The notes under the pieces: model-generated
Database searches by the model: none
What the model was told of the DNA's origin: nothing
The model's input: only the letters and a program-made list of their open reading frames with translations
Position numbers and translations under genes: made by a program
NCBI GenBank assembly: GCA_029715105.1
Contig: CP085695.1
Coordinates: forward strand, 600,001-632,000
Source of the DNA: Candidatus Saccharimonadota bacterium
Lineage (GTDB): Bacteria; Pseudomonadota; Alphaproteobacteria; Rickettsiales; Anaplasmataceae
Length of the DNA stretch: 32,000 bases
Direction: 5' to 3'
Shown: piece by piece, positions 19,220-31,055 of the stretch
How the letters are laid out: every line of letters begins with the position of its first letter
How positions within the stretch are numbered: position 1 is the stretch's first letter

Positions 19220-21073
19220 TTATTCTCTTCTAAAAAGAATTTCCTCTAATTTTGAAATAGCATTATTAATTTTATCCAAATCATCATCTTCTTGTAAAAC
19301 TTTTTTTGCATTCTGCAATAGAATTTTTAACTCTTGATTAGAAGAAAAGCTATTATTACGTTCAATCAAATGTATAAGTTTATTACCATTAATTTTAGCT
19401 TCTACAATAGAACGAACCTTAATATCTTTATCAAAATTACTTACTGATTGATTAACCATATCTTTAATATCGGTTTCACTTAAATTAAAGCTCGAGTTTA
19501 TTTCAACTACTTGCTCAATTCCTGTAGCTTTATCCCTCGCAGTAACAGTAAGTATCCCATCAACATTAACCGTAAATTCTATCTCAACTTTCACGGAACC
19601 TGCAGGAAGTGGCAATATACCCTTAAGCTCAAATTGAGCTAAAGATTTATTATCTTCTACCATTTCGCGCTCCCCTTGGCAAACATGAATTTTAATTGCT
19701 GTTTGTCCATCAACATAAGTTGTAAACTCTCTTATTTCTGAAACAGGTAATGGTGTATTTCTTGGTATAATTTTTTCAACCATTCCTCCTATAGTTTCTA
19801 TACCAAGAGATAATGGTAAAACATCTAAGAGAATACTTTTATTTCTCGAACTTGAAGTCAAATAATGAGCATGTAAAGCAGCTCCAATAACAATTGCTCT
19901 GTCTGGATCTATATCATTTAATATTTTATTACTACCAAAAAGTTTAACCAACGAACTATAAACTAATGGCACTCTAGTTGCACCGCCAACTAAAATTACT
20001 CCCTTAATATCGTCAATTCCAAGATTTACATCATTTATAGTACGAGTAACTATATCAATAGTTTTATTAACAAAAGATTTAATTGCTTGCTCAAATTCCT
20101 TTTTTGTAATTTCACATTCAAAAAACCTTCCATTAATATTGAACTTAAAAATACCAGATGAATTTTTACTCAGGTATTCTTTCACAGTACGTAACTCAAC
20201 AAATGATGCTCCAATTAAAGGAGTAACTGGTGATGAAGTTAAATCTTTATCATTCCACTGTACATCATCATTTATAACTAAATTTTTTAAACGTAAACAT
20301 TCAGATCTAGAAATAACATTTTCATTTAAACTACTTACTTGTTTTTTATACTTATCTAGTATAACTAAATTCAGCAGATGATCAAAGTCATCACCACCAA
20401 GTTTGGTGTCGCCACCAACTGCAAGTATCTGAAACACTTCTCGATGTAACTTTAATATTGAAATATCAAATGTTCCACCTCCTAAATCATAAACAGCATA
20501 TATTCCGTTCTTACTATTCTTTTTTCTTAAATAAGAAAGTGCTGCAGCAGTTGGTTCATTAATAAGACGAAGAACTTCTATACCAGCTAATTTTGCAGCA
20601 TATTTAGTTGCATTACGCGCTGAATCGTCAAAATAAGCTGGTACAGTAATTACTGCTTTTTTTACTATTATTCCATTATATCTTCTCACTCTCTCACATA
20701 AAGCTTTTAATATTTCAGCAGAAATTTCAACAGGAGTAAGATATTTACCTTTTGCACATTTTATCCTAATAACTTTTTCGCTTTTATTATCAATTTCAAA
20801 ATTTACATTTTCTTTATATAAATCTTTAACACTTTTACCCATTAAACGCTTTATTGAGTAAATTGCACATGATTTTCTAATATCATAACCAATTTTCAAC
20901 ACGTTATCTTCATACGAAATAATGGATGGCAAAAGTTCTCTTCCTTGTTCATCTTTAAATATCTCTACTTCACCAATCTTATTTACCACGGCAATTAAAG
21001 AATTGGTAGTACCAAGATCTATACCAAACACTATTTCACCTAAATTCGGTTCAGAAATTTGAATTGGTAACAT
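19220..21073 (-). CDS. hscA: Fe-S cluster assembly chaperone HscA (Hsp70 family)
   Basis: 617 aa. GIDLGTTNS, DLGGGTFD, VGGATRVP, and its position downstream of hscB. It overlaps the hscB 3' end by 23 nt. Confidence 0.93.
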   Translation of the reverse strand: MLPIQISEPNLGEIVFGIDLGTTNSLIAVVNKIGEVEIFKDEQGRELLPSIISYEDNVLKIGYDIRKSCAIYSIKRLMGKSVKDLYKENVNFEIDNKSEKVIRIKCAKGKYLTPVEISAEILKALCERVRRYNGIIVKKAVITVPAYFDDSARNATKYAAKLAGIEVLRLINEPTAAALSYLRKKNSKNGIYAVYDLGGGTFDISILKLHREVFQILAVGGDTKLGGDDFDHLLNLVILDKYKKQVSSLNENVISRSECLRLKNLVINDDVQWNDKDLTSSPVTPLIGASFVELRTVKEYLSKNSSGIFKFNINGRFFECEITKKEFEQAIKSFVNKTIDIVTRTINDVNLGIDDIKGVILVGGATRVPLVYSSLVKLFGSNKILNDIDPDRAIVIGAALHAHYLTSSSRNKSILLDVLPLSLGIETIGGMVEKIIPRNTPLPVSEIREFTTYVDGQTAIKIHVCQGEREMVEDNKSLAQFELKGILPLPAGSVKVEIEFTVNVDGILTVTARDKATGIEQVVEINSSFNLSETDIKDMVNQSVSNFDKDIKVRSIVEAKINGNKLIHLIERNNSFSSNQELKILLQNAKKVLQEDDDLDKINNAISKLEEILFRRE

Positions 21074-21506
21074 TTTTTTTTATTTCCTCAAATAACTTAT
21101 ACAAATACCTTAATCTCGAAACTTGTATAATAGCTTCATTAAAATTCTTTATAGCAAAAGCATTAATCAAATTTTTAACACAAAATTCTATTTTTTTATT
21201 AATTATCTTGCTCGCAAATTGCAAATTCTCATGAAGAGAAAGATATTCTCCCCCTATTTCAATTAAAAACTTATCATTATTTTGCTGATTTTTATAGTCA
21301 TTTTTTATATGAAAAAGATCTAACAAATGCTCTGCACGTCTCAGCGGTGATTTAAGTACTTGATAAGCCTTATTTATATTTCTCATGTTTTGTGATTGTT
21401 TTTCATTTATATCAATTTTACTAAGATCAATATATCTTTTCTCCAACTCATCGAGACTAATATCGAAAATAGGTTCAATCCCAAATAATGCAAAATAGTT
21501 AGACAT
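21051..21506 (-). CDS. hscB: Fe-S cluster co-chaperone HscB (J-type)
   Basis: MSNYFALFGI...L.KRY..LSK and the degenerate J-domain / C-terminal helical layout, placed between iscA and hscA. Start is taken at ATG 21506, which overlaps the iscA stop by 8 nt. The 18-codon extension in the track is rejected. Confidence 0.85.
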   Translation of the reverse strand: MSNYFALFGIEPIFDISLDELEKRYIDLSKIDINEKQSQNMRNINKAYQVLKSPLRRAEHLLDLFHIKNDYKNQQNNDKFLIEIGGEYLSLHENLQFASKIINKKIEFCVKNLINAFAIKNFNEAIIQVSRLRYLYKLFEEIKKNVTNSNF

Positions 21507-21888
21507 AAAAACTTTCTCCACAACCACACTTCCCTTTTTCATTAGGATTTTTAAAAACAAAACCAGATGAAAAATTTTTTTCTATATAATCTATTTCAGA
21601 ACCAAGAATAAACATAACAGATTTTGGGTCGATTAATATTCTAATTTTTTGACCATCGTTACAATACTCTTCAATTACTAATTCTAAGGGACGTATATTG
21701 TACGCATATTCAATATTATACTTTAATCCAGAACATCCCTTTTGTTTAACTAAAATTCTTATCCCTATCGTTTCTCTTATCTTTTCAGAATCGTCATGTT
21801 TTTTATCTAACAAATATTTTATTTTTTCTATCGCATTTGCAGTGATAGTAATAAGTTTCCTATCTGTCTTCGTAATATTTACTACCAT
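21499..21888 (-). CDS. iscA: Iron-sulfur cluster insertion protein, IscA/HesB family
   Basis: 129 aa. ITITANAIEKIK, GCSGLKY and the C-terminal NPNEKGKCGCGESF cysteine motif. Confidence 0.9.
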   Translation of the reverse strand: MVVNITKTDRKLITITANAIEKIKYLLDKKHDDSEKIRETIGIRILVKQKGCSGLKYNIEYAYNIRPLELVIEEYCNDGQKIRILIDPKSVMFILGSEIDYIEKNFSSGFVFKNPNEKGKCGCGESFYV

Positions 21889-21906
21889 AACTCATATGTT
21901 TTATAC

Positions 21907-22299
21907 TTAACTTAGCCTATCATCTTGCTTATTTTGATAATCACAAATAGCCGCCTTTATAGCATCTTCAGCAAGCACTGAACAATGTACTTTTACCGGT
22001 GGTAAAGACAACTCCTTTACTATGTGCGTATTTCTTATTTTTGTTGCGTCTTCAATAGTTTTCCCTTTGATCATTTCTGTAAGCAAAGAACTCGAAGCAA
22101 TTGCAGAACCACAGCCAAAAGTTTTAAACTTCGCATCCTCAATAACGCCCTTATTATTAACCCTTATTTGCAACTTCATAACATCACCGCATGATGGAGC
22201 TCCAACTAATCCAGTACCAACATTTGGATCATCTTTATCAAGAGAGCCAACATTCCTTGGATTTTCGTAATGATCTAAAATTTTTTCATTATAACTCAT
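21907..22299 (-). CDS. iscU: Fe-S cluster assembly scaffold IscU
   Basis: YENPRNVGSL, GAPSCGDVMKLQI, FKTFGCGSAIASSS, LPPVKVHCSVLAEDA: the three conserved Cys plus the LPPVK HscA-binding motif. Confidence 0.95.
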   Translation of the reverse strand: MSYNEKILDHYENPRNVGSLDKDDPNVGTGLVGAPSCGDVMKLQIRVNNKGVIEDAKFKTFGCGSAIASSSLLTEMIKGKTIEDATKIRNTHIVKELSLPPVKVHCSVLAEDAIKAAICDYQNKQDDRLS

Positions 22300-22475
22300 A
22301 ATATGACTACCATAAACTATTCACTTTTAGTATAATAACATATCTAAATTAGAAACCAAAGTAAACCCAAAACGTTTTATCTACACAAAATTACATTTTA
22401 TTAAAGTATTTTTCTTTACAAGTACTCATAGTATGTCATTCTTTCCTTATTATATTATTTAAAGGAGAATTTTCC

Positions 22476-23387
22476 TTGAATTTATTTAATAATCTTTATA
22501 GGGGCTTGTTAAAAACCTCCCTTCACTTTAGTAATGGAATAAAAGATATATTTTATAATAAAAAAAAAATAGATCAATTTCTTTTAGATGAACTAGAAGA
22601 ATTACTAATTAGTATGGATATTGGCCACAAAACTTCTAAATCAATTATCAATAAACTTAAAAATATCAAATTTGATGATAAGGCTGAGTACAGTGTTGTT
22701 ATACAACAATTAATGAATGAAATAGAATCAATACTAAGTCCTGTTGCGCAACCTATAATCATAAATAAAAAACCACAAATAATAATGATATGCGGAGTAA
22801 ATGGGAATGGTAAAACCACAACAATAGGTAAACTTGCACATAAATATAAAGAAATTGGAAAATCTGTAATGCTTGTTGCATGTGATACATTTAGAGCTGC
22901 AGCTAGTGAGCAGCTAAATATTTGGGCTAAACGTTCTAATTGCTCTATTGTCACCGGAAAATATGGCAATGATTCCGCAAGTATAGCATATAGAGCTATA
23001 AATCAAGCTATAAAAGATAATATCGATATCATTCTAATTGATACGGCTGGTAGATTACAAAATAACTTTAATCTTATGGAAGAACTATCAAAAATATATA
23101 AAACAATAAAAAAAATAGATAATGCTGCTCCGCATAATGTTATTCTAATTTTAGATGCAACTACAGGACAAAATGCTTATAATCAGTTAGAAGAATTTAA
23201 TAAAATGGTAAACATCACTGGATTAATTATATCTAAATTAGATGGCACTGCTAAAGGTGGGGTAATAATCGGACTTGCAGAAATTTATAAGATAAAATTA
23301 CATGCCGTAGGAATTGGTGAGAACGTAGAAGATCTCAAAGAATTCTCTAGTAAAGAATTTACTAAAGCTTTATTTCAAAATAATTAA
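22476..23387 (+). CDS. ftsY: Signal recognition particle receptor FtsY (short form, NG domain only)
   Basis: GVNGNGKTTTIGKLA (G1), DTAGRL (G3), SKLDGTAKGG (G4) and GIGE. TTG start at 22476, with AGGAG at 22463-22467. Confidence 0.92.
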   Translation: MNLFNNLYRGLLKTSLHFSNGIKDIFYNKKKIDQFLLDELEELLISMDIGHKTSKSIINKLKNIKFDDKAEYSVVIQQLMNEIESILSPVAQPIIINKKPQIIMICGVNGNGKTTTIGKLAHKYKEIGKSVMLVACDTFRAAASEQLNIWAKRSNCSIVTGKYGNDSASIAYRAINQAIKDNIDIILIDTAGRLQNNFNLMEELSKIYKTIKKIDNAAPHNVILILDATTGQNAYNQLEEFNKMVNITGLIISKLDGTAKGGVIIGLAEIYKIKLHAVGIGENVEDLKEFSSKEFTKALFQNN

Positions 23388-23744
23388 AAGTTTAATTGTA
23401 CATCCACTCCAAATCGCAATAAGTGATCCTCTACACAAAACAACGTTCCCTTTTTAGATTTTAATTCTATTCCTTAAATCTTCTTGCAAAGCATAAAAAT
23501 ATTGTTAAGTAAGACAAAAATTATAATTATTTCCCAATAAAAATATCAACCCTTCAAAAGAACATTGTGGATTGAAAATCCTAATAAATATACCTTAACT
23601 GTCAATATTTTATCATATCTTCGTTATAATTTTATAGATATAAAAATATAGACCGCCAAATCATAATAAAATTACCAAAACAAAAATAAAAAACCCTCTT
23701 ATATTAATACCGTGAGATTTTCCCTCTCTAAAATTATCTTTCAA

Positions 23745-24731
23745 TTATTCAAAAATTTTAATAATATTTAACCCACTTACTTTTCTACTCTCTATATCAC
23801 GATGAGCCTTTATTATTTCGCTAAATTTATACTTTTTATTAATCTTTATTATTAAAAGTTTTTTCTTTATCATTTCAAAAATCTCCATCGCAGTAAGTAT
23901 AAGTGTAAACCTATCATATTTGTAATGATATATCGAAGTTCCAGTAGCAAACAATGAACGTGAACTAAGTAAAGAAAAACTAATAGGAGCTCTTCCAGAT
24001 ATTTGTCCATAAGAAACATATATACCAAATCTTCCCAAAGACTTAAAAGAAAGTTTGCTTATAACAAAACCTATTGGATCATATACTGCATTTACTCCTC
24101 TATTCTGCGTAATTTTCATTATTTTAGAAAGAAAATTCTTATCATTGTAATTTATCACATATTCACAACCATTCTGCAAAGCTATTTTCATCTTCTCATC
24201 AGAACTCACAGACCCTATAACTACCCCCTTTTTATTCATTGCCCATTGACATATTATTTGTCCCAAACCACCACTTGCTCCATGTACTAACACAACAGCA
24301 CCAGGCTTTATTTTATAAGAATGATTAACTAAATAGTGAGCTGTCATACCTTTTAATAACACTGCTGCTGCAATTTCATTGGATATTTCATCTGGAATCT
24401 TTATCAAATACTTTTGATTTATAATGCGTTTTTCACAATATGCCCCAAACGGGGCTGTACAATATCCAACTCTATCTCCAATCTCTAGGCTATTAACTTT
24501 TTCACCAAGTTTTTCAACGATTCCAACCGCTTCTATTCCAGGCACTAACGGTAAATTTCTAATTCTACGAACACCATTCCTACATTCTAAATCATAACGA
24601 TTTAAACCTATAATTGTATGACGTACTAAAACTTCTTCGCCTTTTGGTTCCCCTATATTTTTATCTACAAATTCCAGTACTTCAGGTCCTCCAATTTTTT
24701 TTATTTGCACAGCCTTAATCGTACTAGACAT
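23745..24731 (-). CDS. qor: NADPH:quinone oxidoreductase, zinc-type alcohol dehydrogenase (MDR) superfamily
   Basis: 328 aa. GPEVLE, GLNRYD, PLVPGIEAVG, VLVHGASGGLG Rossmann motif, and the overall Qor-like length. Confidence 0.82.
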   Translation of the reverse strand: MSSTIKAVQIKKIGGPEVLEFVDKNIGEPKGEEVLVRHTIIGLNRYDLECRNGVRRIRNLPLVPGIEAVGIVEKLGEKVNSLEIGDRVGYCTAPFGAYCEKRIINQKYLIKIPDEISNEIAAAVLLKGMTAHYLVNHSYKIKPGAVVLVHGASGGLGQIICQWAMNKKGVVIGSVSSDEKMKIALQNGCEYVINYNDKNFLSKIMKITQNRGVNAVYDPIGFVISKLSFKSLGRFGIYVSYGQISGRAPISFSLLSSRSLFATGTSIYHYKYDRFTLILTAMEIFEMIKKKLLIIKINKKYKFSEIIKAHRDIESRKVSGLNIIKIFE

Positions 24732-24775
24732 ATTTTTATATTTTTAGAAATTTATATAAGAATCTCTACTAAAAA

Positions 24776-24849
24776 TCGGGGCGGAGAGATTTGAACTCCC
24801 GACCCTTTGGTCCCAAACCAAATGCGCTACCAAGCTGCGCTACGCCCCG
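24776..24849 (-). tRNA. tRNA-Pro (anticodon TGG); CCA not encoded
   Basis: Hand-folded on the reverse complement as CGGGGCG TA GCGC-AGCTTGGTA-GCGC A TTTGG-TTTGGGA-CCAAA GGGTC GGGAG-TTCAAAT-CTCTC CGCCCCG A. It lies 45 nt upstream of qor, co-oriented with it. Confidence 0.9.
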
Positions 24850-25052
24850 ACCCCCTTCCCTCATAGTAACAATAACTGGGATAAAATTCAAGATCCATTG
24901 ATTGGAAACGTTTATTCACTTTACTTAACAATTTATTTAATATAAAGCAATTCAATTATATAAAAACTAAGAATTAATATAATTTTCTATTTGCATCATC
25001 TCATAAAAACTCTAATCATAAACCCTAATGTCATTTATTAGAATCGAAACAT

Positions 25053-25595
25053 TTACTCAAAATCCCAATGAAAACCATTTCCTTGCAAAACTAAGTGTAT
25101 ATTTTCTGATATTTTTTTTATTGAATCAGCAAAACTACTAAAATTTGTAAACTTAGATAATACATAATCTGATAAATTTCTTTGATCATTTGGCCTACCT
25201 ATTCCAAATCTTAAACGCCAATAACCACTGCTTATAAAACTATCTATAGATCTAAGTCCTTTATGTCCGGCGGAACTACCACCCCTTTTCATTTTTACTT
25301 TCCCAAGCTTTAAATCAGCATCGTCATGTATAACAATAATATTATCTAACGAAAACTTATATAAGTTTTGTACTTTTGCAACCGAAATACCAGAATTATT
25401 CATAAATGAATAAGGTTTTAACAATACAATCTTATTCTTATTAATTCTCCCAGAACTTATCAAATAACCAATTTCTTGATAAAACGGATCAAAATTCCAA
25501 AATTTACAAATTGCATCAATAATAATAAAACCCATATTATGATAAGTTAATTCATATCTCTCGCCAGGATTACCAAGCCCAACTAATAGATACAT
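25053..25595 (-). CDS. pth: Peptidyl-tRNA hydrolase
   Basis: LVGLGNPGERYELTYHNMGF, HDDADL, GGSAGHKGLRSI. The ATG overlaps the rplY TAA by 1 nt. Confidence 0.95.
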   Translation of the reverse strand: MYLLVGLGNPGERYELTYHNMGFIIIDAICKFWNFDPFYQEIGYLISSGRINKNKIVLLKPYSFMNNSGISVAKVQNLYKFSLDNIIVIHDDADLKLGKVKMKRGGSSAGHKGLRSIDSFISSGYWRLRFGIGRPNDQRNLSDYVLSKFTNFSSFADSIKKISENIHLVLQGNGFHWDFE

Positions 25596-26185
25596 TATTT
25601 TTTTTCTTCCTGAGATTCTTCGACACCACTATCAGCAGCAGAAATTGTAACTATTGCATAGTTTTCTTCCTCTTGAATAAACTTAATTCCTTCTGGTAAT
25701 TTTATATCACCTATATGTATAGACTGACCAATCATCTTGCCAGACAAATCAACTTCTATAACTTGAGGTATTTTGTCAGGAGAACACTTAATTGTAATAA
25801 AACGATATAAAATATTAAGCACTCCACCAAGCTTAATTCCAGGAGATTTATCTTCGTTTACAAATGATAAAGGTATATCTATTTTAACCTCATTATTCCT
25901 ATCAACAAATTGAAAATCAACATGCTGTATAGCGTTCTTCACTACATGCCACTGGATATCACGAATAAGAGCATATTCCCTTTTACCTAAAATATTCAAT
26001 TCTATTAAATGTGCAGAAAGAAAACCAGACTTATACTGCCTCATGAATTCCTTTGTAGATAAAACCAAATTCATAGTATCACGTCCTTTACCATATATAA
26101 CTGCAGGTATATACCCACCTCTTCTTAAAGAAGAAACTGCTTTTGTTTTTTTTACATTACGCAATTCTGCATTAACTACTACCAC
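25595..26185 (-). CDS. rplY: 50S ribosomal protein L25 / general stress protein Ctc
   Basis: 196 aa. LRRGGYIPAVIYGKG and HLIELNI....ALIRDIQWH. GTG start with GAGGAG 6 nt upstream. Conserved rplY-pth pairing. Confidence 0.9.
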   Translation of the reverse strand: MVVVNAELRNVKKTKAVSSLRRGGYIPAVIYGKGRDTMNLVLSTKEFMRQYKSGFLSAHLIELNILGKREYALIRDIQWHVVKNAIQHVDFQFVDRNNEVKIDIPLSFVNEDKSPGIKLGGVLNILYRFITIKCSPDKIPQVIEVDLSGKMIGQSIHIGDIKLPEGIKFIQEEENYAIVTISAADSGVEESQEEKK

Positions 26186-27027
26186 AACAATCTCCTCACT
26201 CGTAATATTTATTATAACTAAAATATATTACTGACATACAAACAGCTTTCAACTAATTTTCAATTAAAATAACAAACAATCATCTCAAAACACTTATAAC
26301 ATGTAAAAACACATCAAATTTTATAAAATGCTCAATAGAGCAAACTCAGAAAAGTTTAAACAATATTTTGTACATGTGTATTAACGATACTACATTACAT
26401 AATAACCATAACAAAATATTCTAAAAAATAATATAGCTACTAATAACAACTTAATAAAACACATCCATAAATGAGTTCAAATTTTTGATAACACGACCTC
26501 CATTATTGTTTTAATCAAAAAAACTTAAATAAAACTTAAAAATCTAAAAACAAAACACAACAGACCTTCACTAAAAATACAAATCTTCATAGTTAATTAA
26601 CTAACAAACTAAATTAAGGATCGAATCTTAGTCAAAACCTCATAAAGTTAAATACAAACTAAACCACCTTATACAATCCAATCGTAACACGACATAGATG
26701 ACAACACACAATATACATATCCTCATCGGTACTTCGATAACAATAATAACGATATTTAATTGTAATATTTACATTAAAACCTCGTAAGAATAATTACGAA
26801 AACGCGATACCAACCAATAATTAAAATATACCTGAAGATGAGTATAACAAAAGCTCTAATTTTATAAAAGCAAAATATTTTTTACAAAATACTTGCAATA
26901 AAATTTTATAAAATTATTATAGTTAGGTACTATAATGCGTGAATTTTTATGTGCTTATGTGATCTATCACGGTTCTCTGTTCCAGTCAGAAAATACCTCT
27001 CCCCTAACCATAAAATTATTTAGCAAT

Positions 27028-28008
27028 ATGTCACTTAAAATAGGAAACCTAACAATTAGTTCTCCGGTAATCTTAGCTCCAATGTCTGGGGTAACTGATT
27101 ATCCGTTTAGAAAAACGGTAAAAAAACTTGGTGCTAGTTTGTTAGTATCAGAAATGATCGCAAGCAAAGCTGTAATTTTACAAACCTATCAAAGCATACA
27201 AAAAGCAAAAACCGATGAGTTAACTGCAGTACAACTCTCTGGATGCGAACCTAGTATTATGGCGGAAGCTGCGAAATTAAGTGAAAATATGGGAACGAAA
27301 ATCATAGATATAAATTTTGGTTGTCCAGTTAAAAAAGTCACAAATGGTCATGCAGGATCAGCATTAATGCGAGATGAAAAAAAAGCAGCTAAAATAATTG
27401 AAGCTGTAGTTAAGGCGGTTAATATACCTGTTACAATAAAAATGCGCACTGGATGGGATAACGAAAACCGAAATGCCCCACGTTTATCTAAAATTGCAGA
27501 AGATCTTGGAATAAAAATGATCACTGTACACGGAAGAACAAGAACACAACTTTACAGGGGCCAAGCAGACTGGAAATTCATTAAAAATGTTAAAGAACAA
27601 ATAAAAATTCCAGTAATAGTAAATGGTGATATTAAAAATATTAACGATATTCAGAATGCACTCGCGGAATCTAATGCGGACGGAATTATGATAGGTCGTG
27701 GTACTTACGGTAAGCCCTGGCTAATTAATCAGGCAATAAATTTTTTAAATAAAAACAAAATTTTAGAACCAACAGCCTCAGAAAAATTAAAAATCATACT
27801 TGAACATTACGATAACATTCTTGAGTATTATGGAAACAATATTGGAGTGAAAATAGCACGTAAACACATAGGCTGGTATAGCTACGGAATTGAAGGTTCA
27901 TCTGAATTTCGTCTAAAAATAAACAATACAACAGACAGCGCAGAAATGAGAGAAAACATATTTAACTTTTTTAATCAAAAAAAATTCGACTCTCGTGGAG
28001 ATAAATAG
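27028..28008 (+). CDS. dus: tRNA-dihydrouridine synthase (Dus/NifR3 family)
   Basis: ILAPMSGVTDYPFR, DINFGCPVKKV (catalytic Cys), VTIKMRTGWD, ITVHGRTR and GIMIGRG. Start is taken at ATG 27028 (MSLKIGNL). The 31-codon upstream extension in the track has no family support. Confidence 0.9.
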   Translation: MSLKIGNLTISSPVILAPMSGVTDYPFRKTVKKLGASLLVSEMIASKAVILQTYQSIQKAKTDELTAVQLSGCEPSIMAEAAKLSENMGTKIIDINFGCPVKKVTNGHAGSALMRDEKKAAKIIEAVVKAVNIPVTIKMRTGWDNENRNAPRLSKIAEDLGIKMITVHGRTRTQLYRGQADWKFIKNVKEQIKIPVIVNGDIKNINDIQNALAESNADGIMIGRGTYGKPWLINQAINFLNKNKILEPTASEKLKIILEHYDNILEYYGNNIGVKIARKHIGWYSYGIEGSSEFRLKINNTTDSAEMRENIFNFFNQKKFDSRGDK

Positions 28009-28895
28009 CAAAATAAATGTTCTTTTATTGTATGCAAACACTTATACTTCAATAATTTTTTATTAAAACGAAAACCCGCTCCACCTAAATTAGTGTCATA
28101 TCTTCCAAGGAAGATCTTCTATTATTATACAAATAATAAAATAAACCCCTCCACTAACAAATCCGCTAATATGCACAATTCTAATAAATTTTTAAAAACT
28201 ACATATACATAAATAAAAAGCAAACAAACACTCATGAACAACATAACATTACACTATATACATCTACTCTACTTCTACTTATAAAGTTTATAAAGTAATC
28301 CCAACTCCTCCTTTTCTCCATTTTCATACTTTATTACATTACCTCTATATTTAGAATATGAAACAATAATAAAACCCCAAAACAACGAATAAAGTTTAAG
28401 TTGTTAAAATTTTCAATTTCAATTGAAAATTGAATCCATTAATAATCTCTTATTATAAAATATAAAGCCAATGTTCTCACAAGTATTCATAACAAAAGAT
28501 TTTTTATCTTAATAAATTTAAAATTAAAAAAATTCAAACTTCTCCAATAAAAATTGGAAACATAAAATTTATCTCATAATCTGAATAATTAATTAAAATC
28601 CCCAAAATCAAAAACATACAAATAAAACTATAAAAATTTAATCATCCTGATATGAAATCAACTTTAATCAAAAAAAACTAAAATAAAATATAGAAACGAT
28701 TTGATCGTATCAAAAACCTTACTACAACCTTATTCACTCAACTTCTCATAACGCAATACAAAAATATAGCAAAACAATAAACAGCTACACATACACATTT
28801 ATCTCTTTTCCTTTTTAATATATATTAAAGAAACAAAATACTCTAAAAATTTAATTCATCATTCCTATCTTCCTAAAGATACTTAATAAAACTTA

Positions 28896-28923
28896 TTGAC
28901 ACATCAATTTTATTACATAAAAT
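28896..28923 (+). promoter_or_regulatory. Candidate 16S rRNA promoter TTGACA-N16-TAAAAT
   Basis: Perfect -35 hexamer at 28896-28901, a 16-nt spacer, and a 5/6 -10 hexamer at 28918-28923. It lies about 130 nt upstream of the mature 16S 5' end. This is the best sigma70 match I found in the 1-kb spacer. Confidence 0.4.
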
Positions 28924-29052
28924 AACACCCAAAGATGTTTGAATAGTTAAATAAAAGTTGTTTTTAAAGTAGAGATAAAGACAGCAATATAAAGCTAATT
29001 ATTCTATCGGATTTATCCGATTTGTTTTCAACTTTCACAAGTTGAATATTCT

Positions 29053-30557
<1,505 letters not shown>

Positions 30558-30564
30558 GGCTTTG

Positions 30565-30605
30565 TACAACAACTCACTGTTTCTGATGATAGTGTTGTAG
30601 TTGTA
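30565..30605 (+). other. Imperfect 12-bp hairpin in the 16S-sdhC spacer; possible processing or termination structure
   Basis: tacaacaactcact (30565-30578) pairs with agtgttgtagttgta (30591-30605) as 6+2+4 bp around a 12-nt loop. It starts 8 nt after the 16S 3' end. Confidence 0.4.
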
Positions 30606-30668
30606 ATATTGCTGTCTCTACTTCTACTTTACTTTTATTTACTTTTTATTTCTATTTTTAAAAAAAAT

Positions 30669-31055
30669 ATGAATTTTAGACCACTTTCTCCACATTTACA
30701 AATATATAAGCTACAAATTACTAGCTTTTTTTCTATTATTCATAGACTTACTGGGATTATATTATTCATAATACTAATGATGCTATCTTGGTACTTTATA
30801 CTGCATGTTTATTTTCCCAAACTATTTATAATAAAATATCTAGATATATTATTATCATCTAATTCTGCCGTTATAAAATTTATTTATGTTCTATGCATTT
30901 CATGCTTTTTATACCATTTTCTCAATGGTATTCGTTACTTATTATGGTGTGCTGGACTCAATTTAGAAATTACTAAAATCTCAAAAAGTGCCATACTACT
31001 AACAATAACTTTACTCTTCTCTGCAATAACCTTTTCACTCATACTTTTTTTATGA
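30669..31055 (+). CDS. sdhC: Succinate dehydrogenase cytochrome b556 subunit
   Basis: MNFRPLSPHLQIYKLQITSFFSIIHRLTG (SdhC N-terminal signature with heme-ligand His), three TM segments, and a 4-nt overlap with sdhD. Start is taken at ATG 30669 rather than the upstream TTG 30609. Confidence 0.9.
   Translation: MNFRPLSPHLQIYKLQITSFFSIIHRLTGIILFIILMMLSWYFILHVYFPKLFIIKYLDILLSSNSAVIKFIYVLCISCFLYHFLNGIRYLLWCAGLNLEITKISKSAILLTITLLFSAITFSLILFL

Noticed and set aside
28100-28120. Overlapping palindromes atcttcc-aa-ggaagat-cttct downstream of dus, and similar acgat-ttg-atcgt / tttgat-cgt-atcaaa near 28698-28715, considered as alternative-pairing switches.
   Set aside because: Arms are only 5-7 bp with 2-3-nt loops and there is no downstream gene context. 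This is too small to distinguish from chance.
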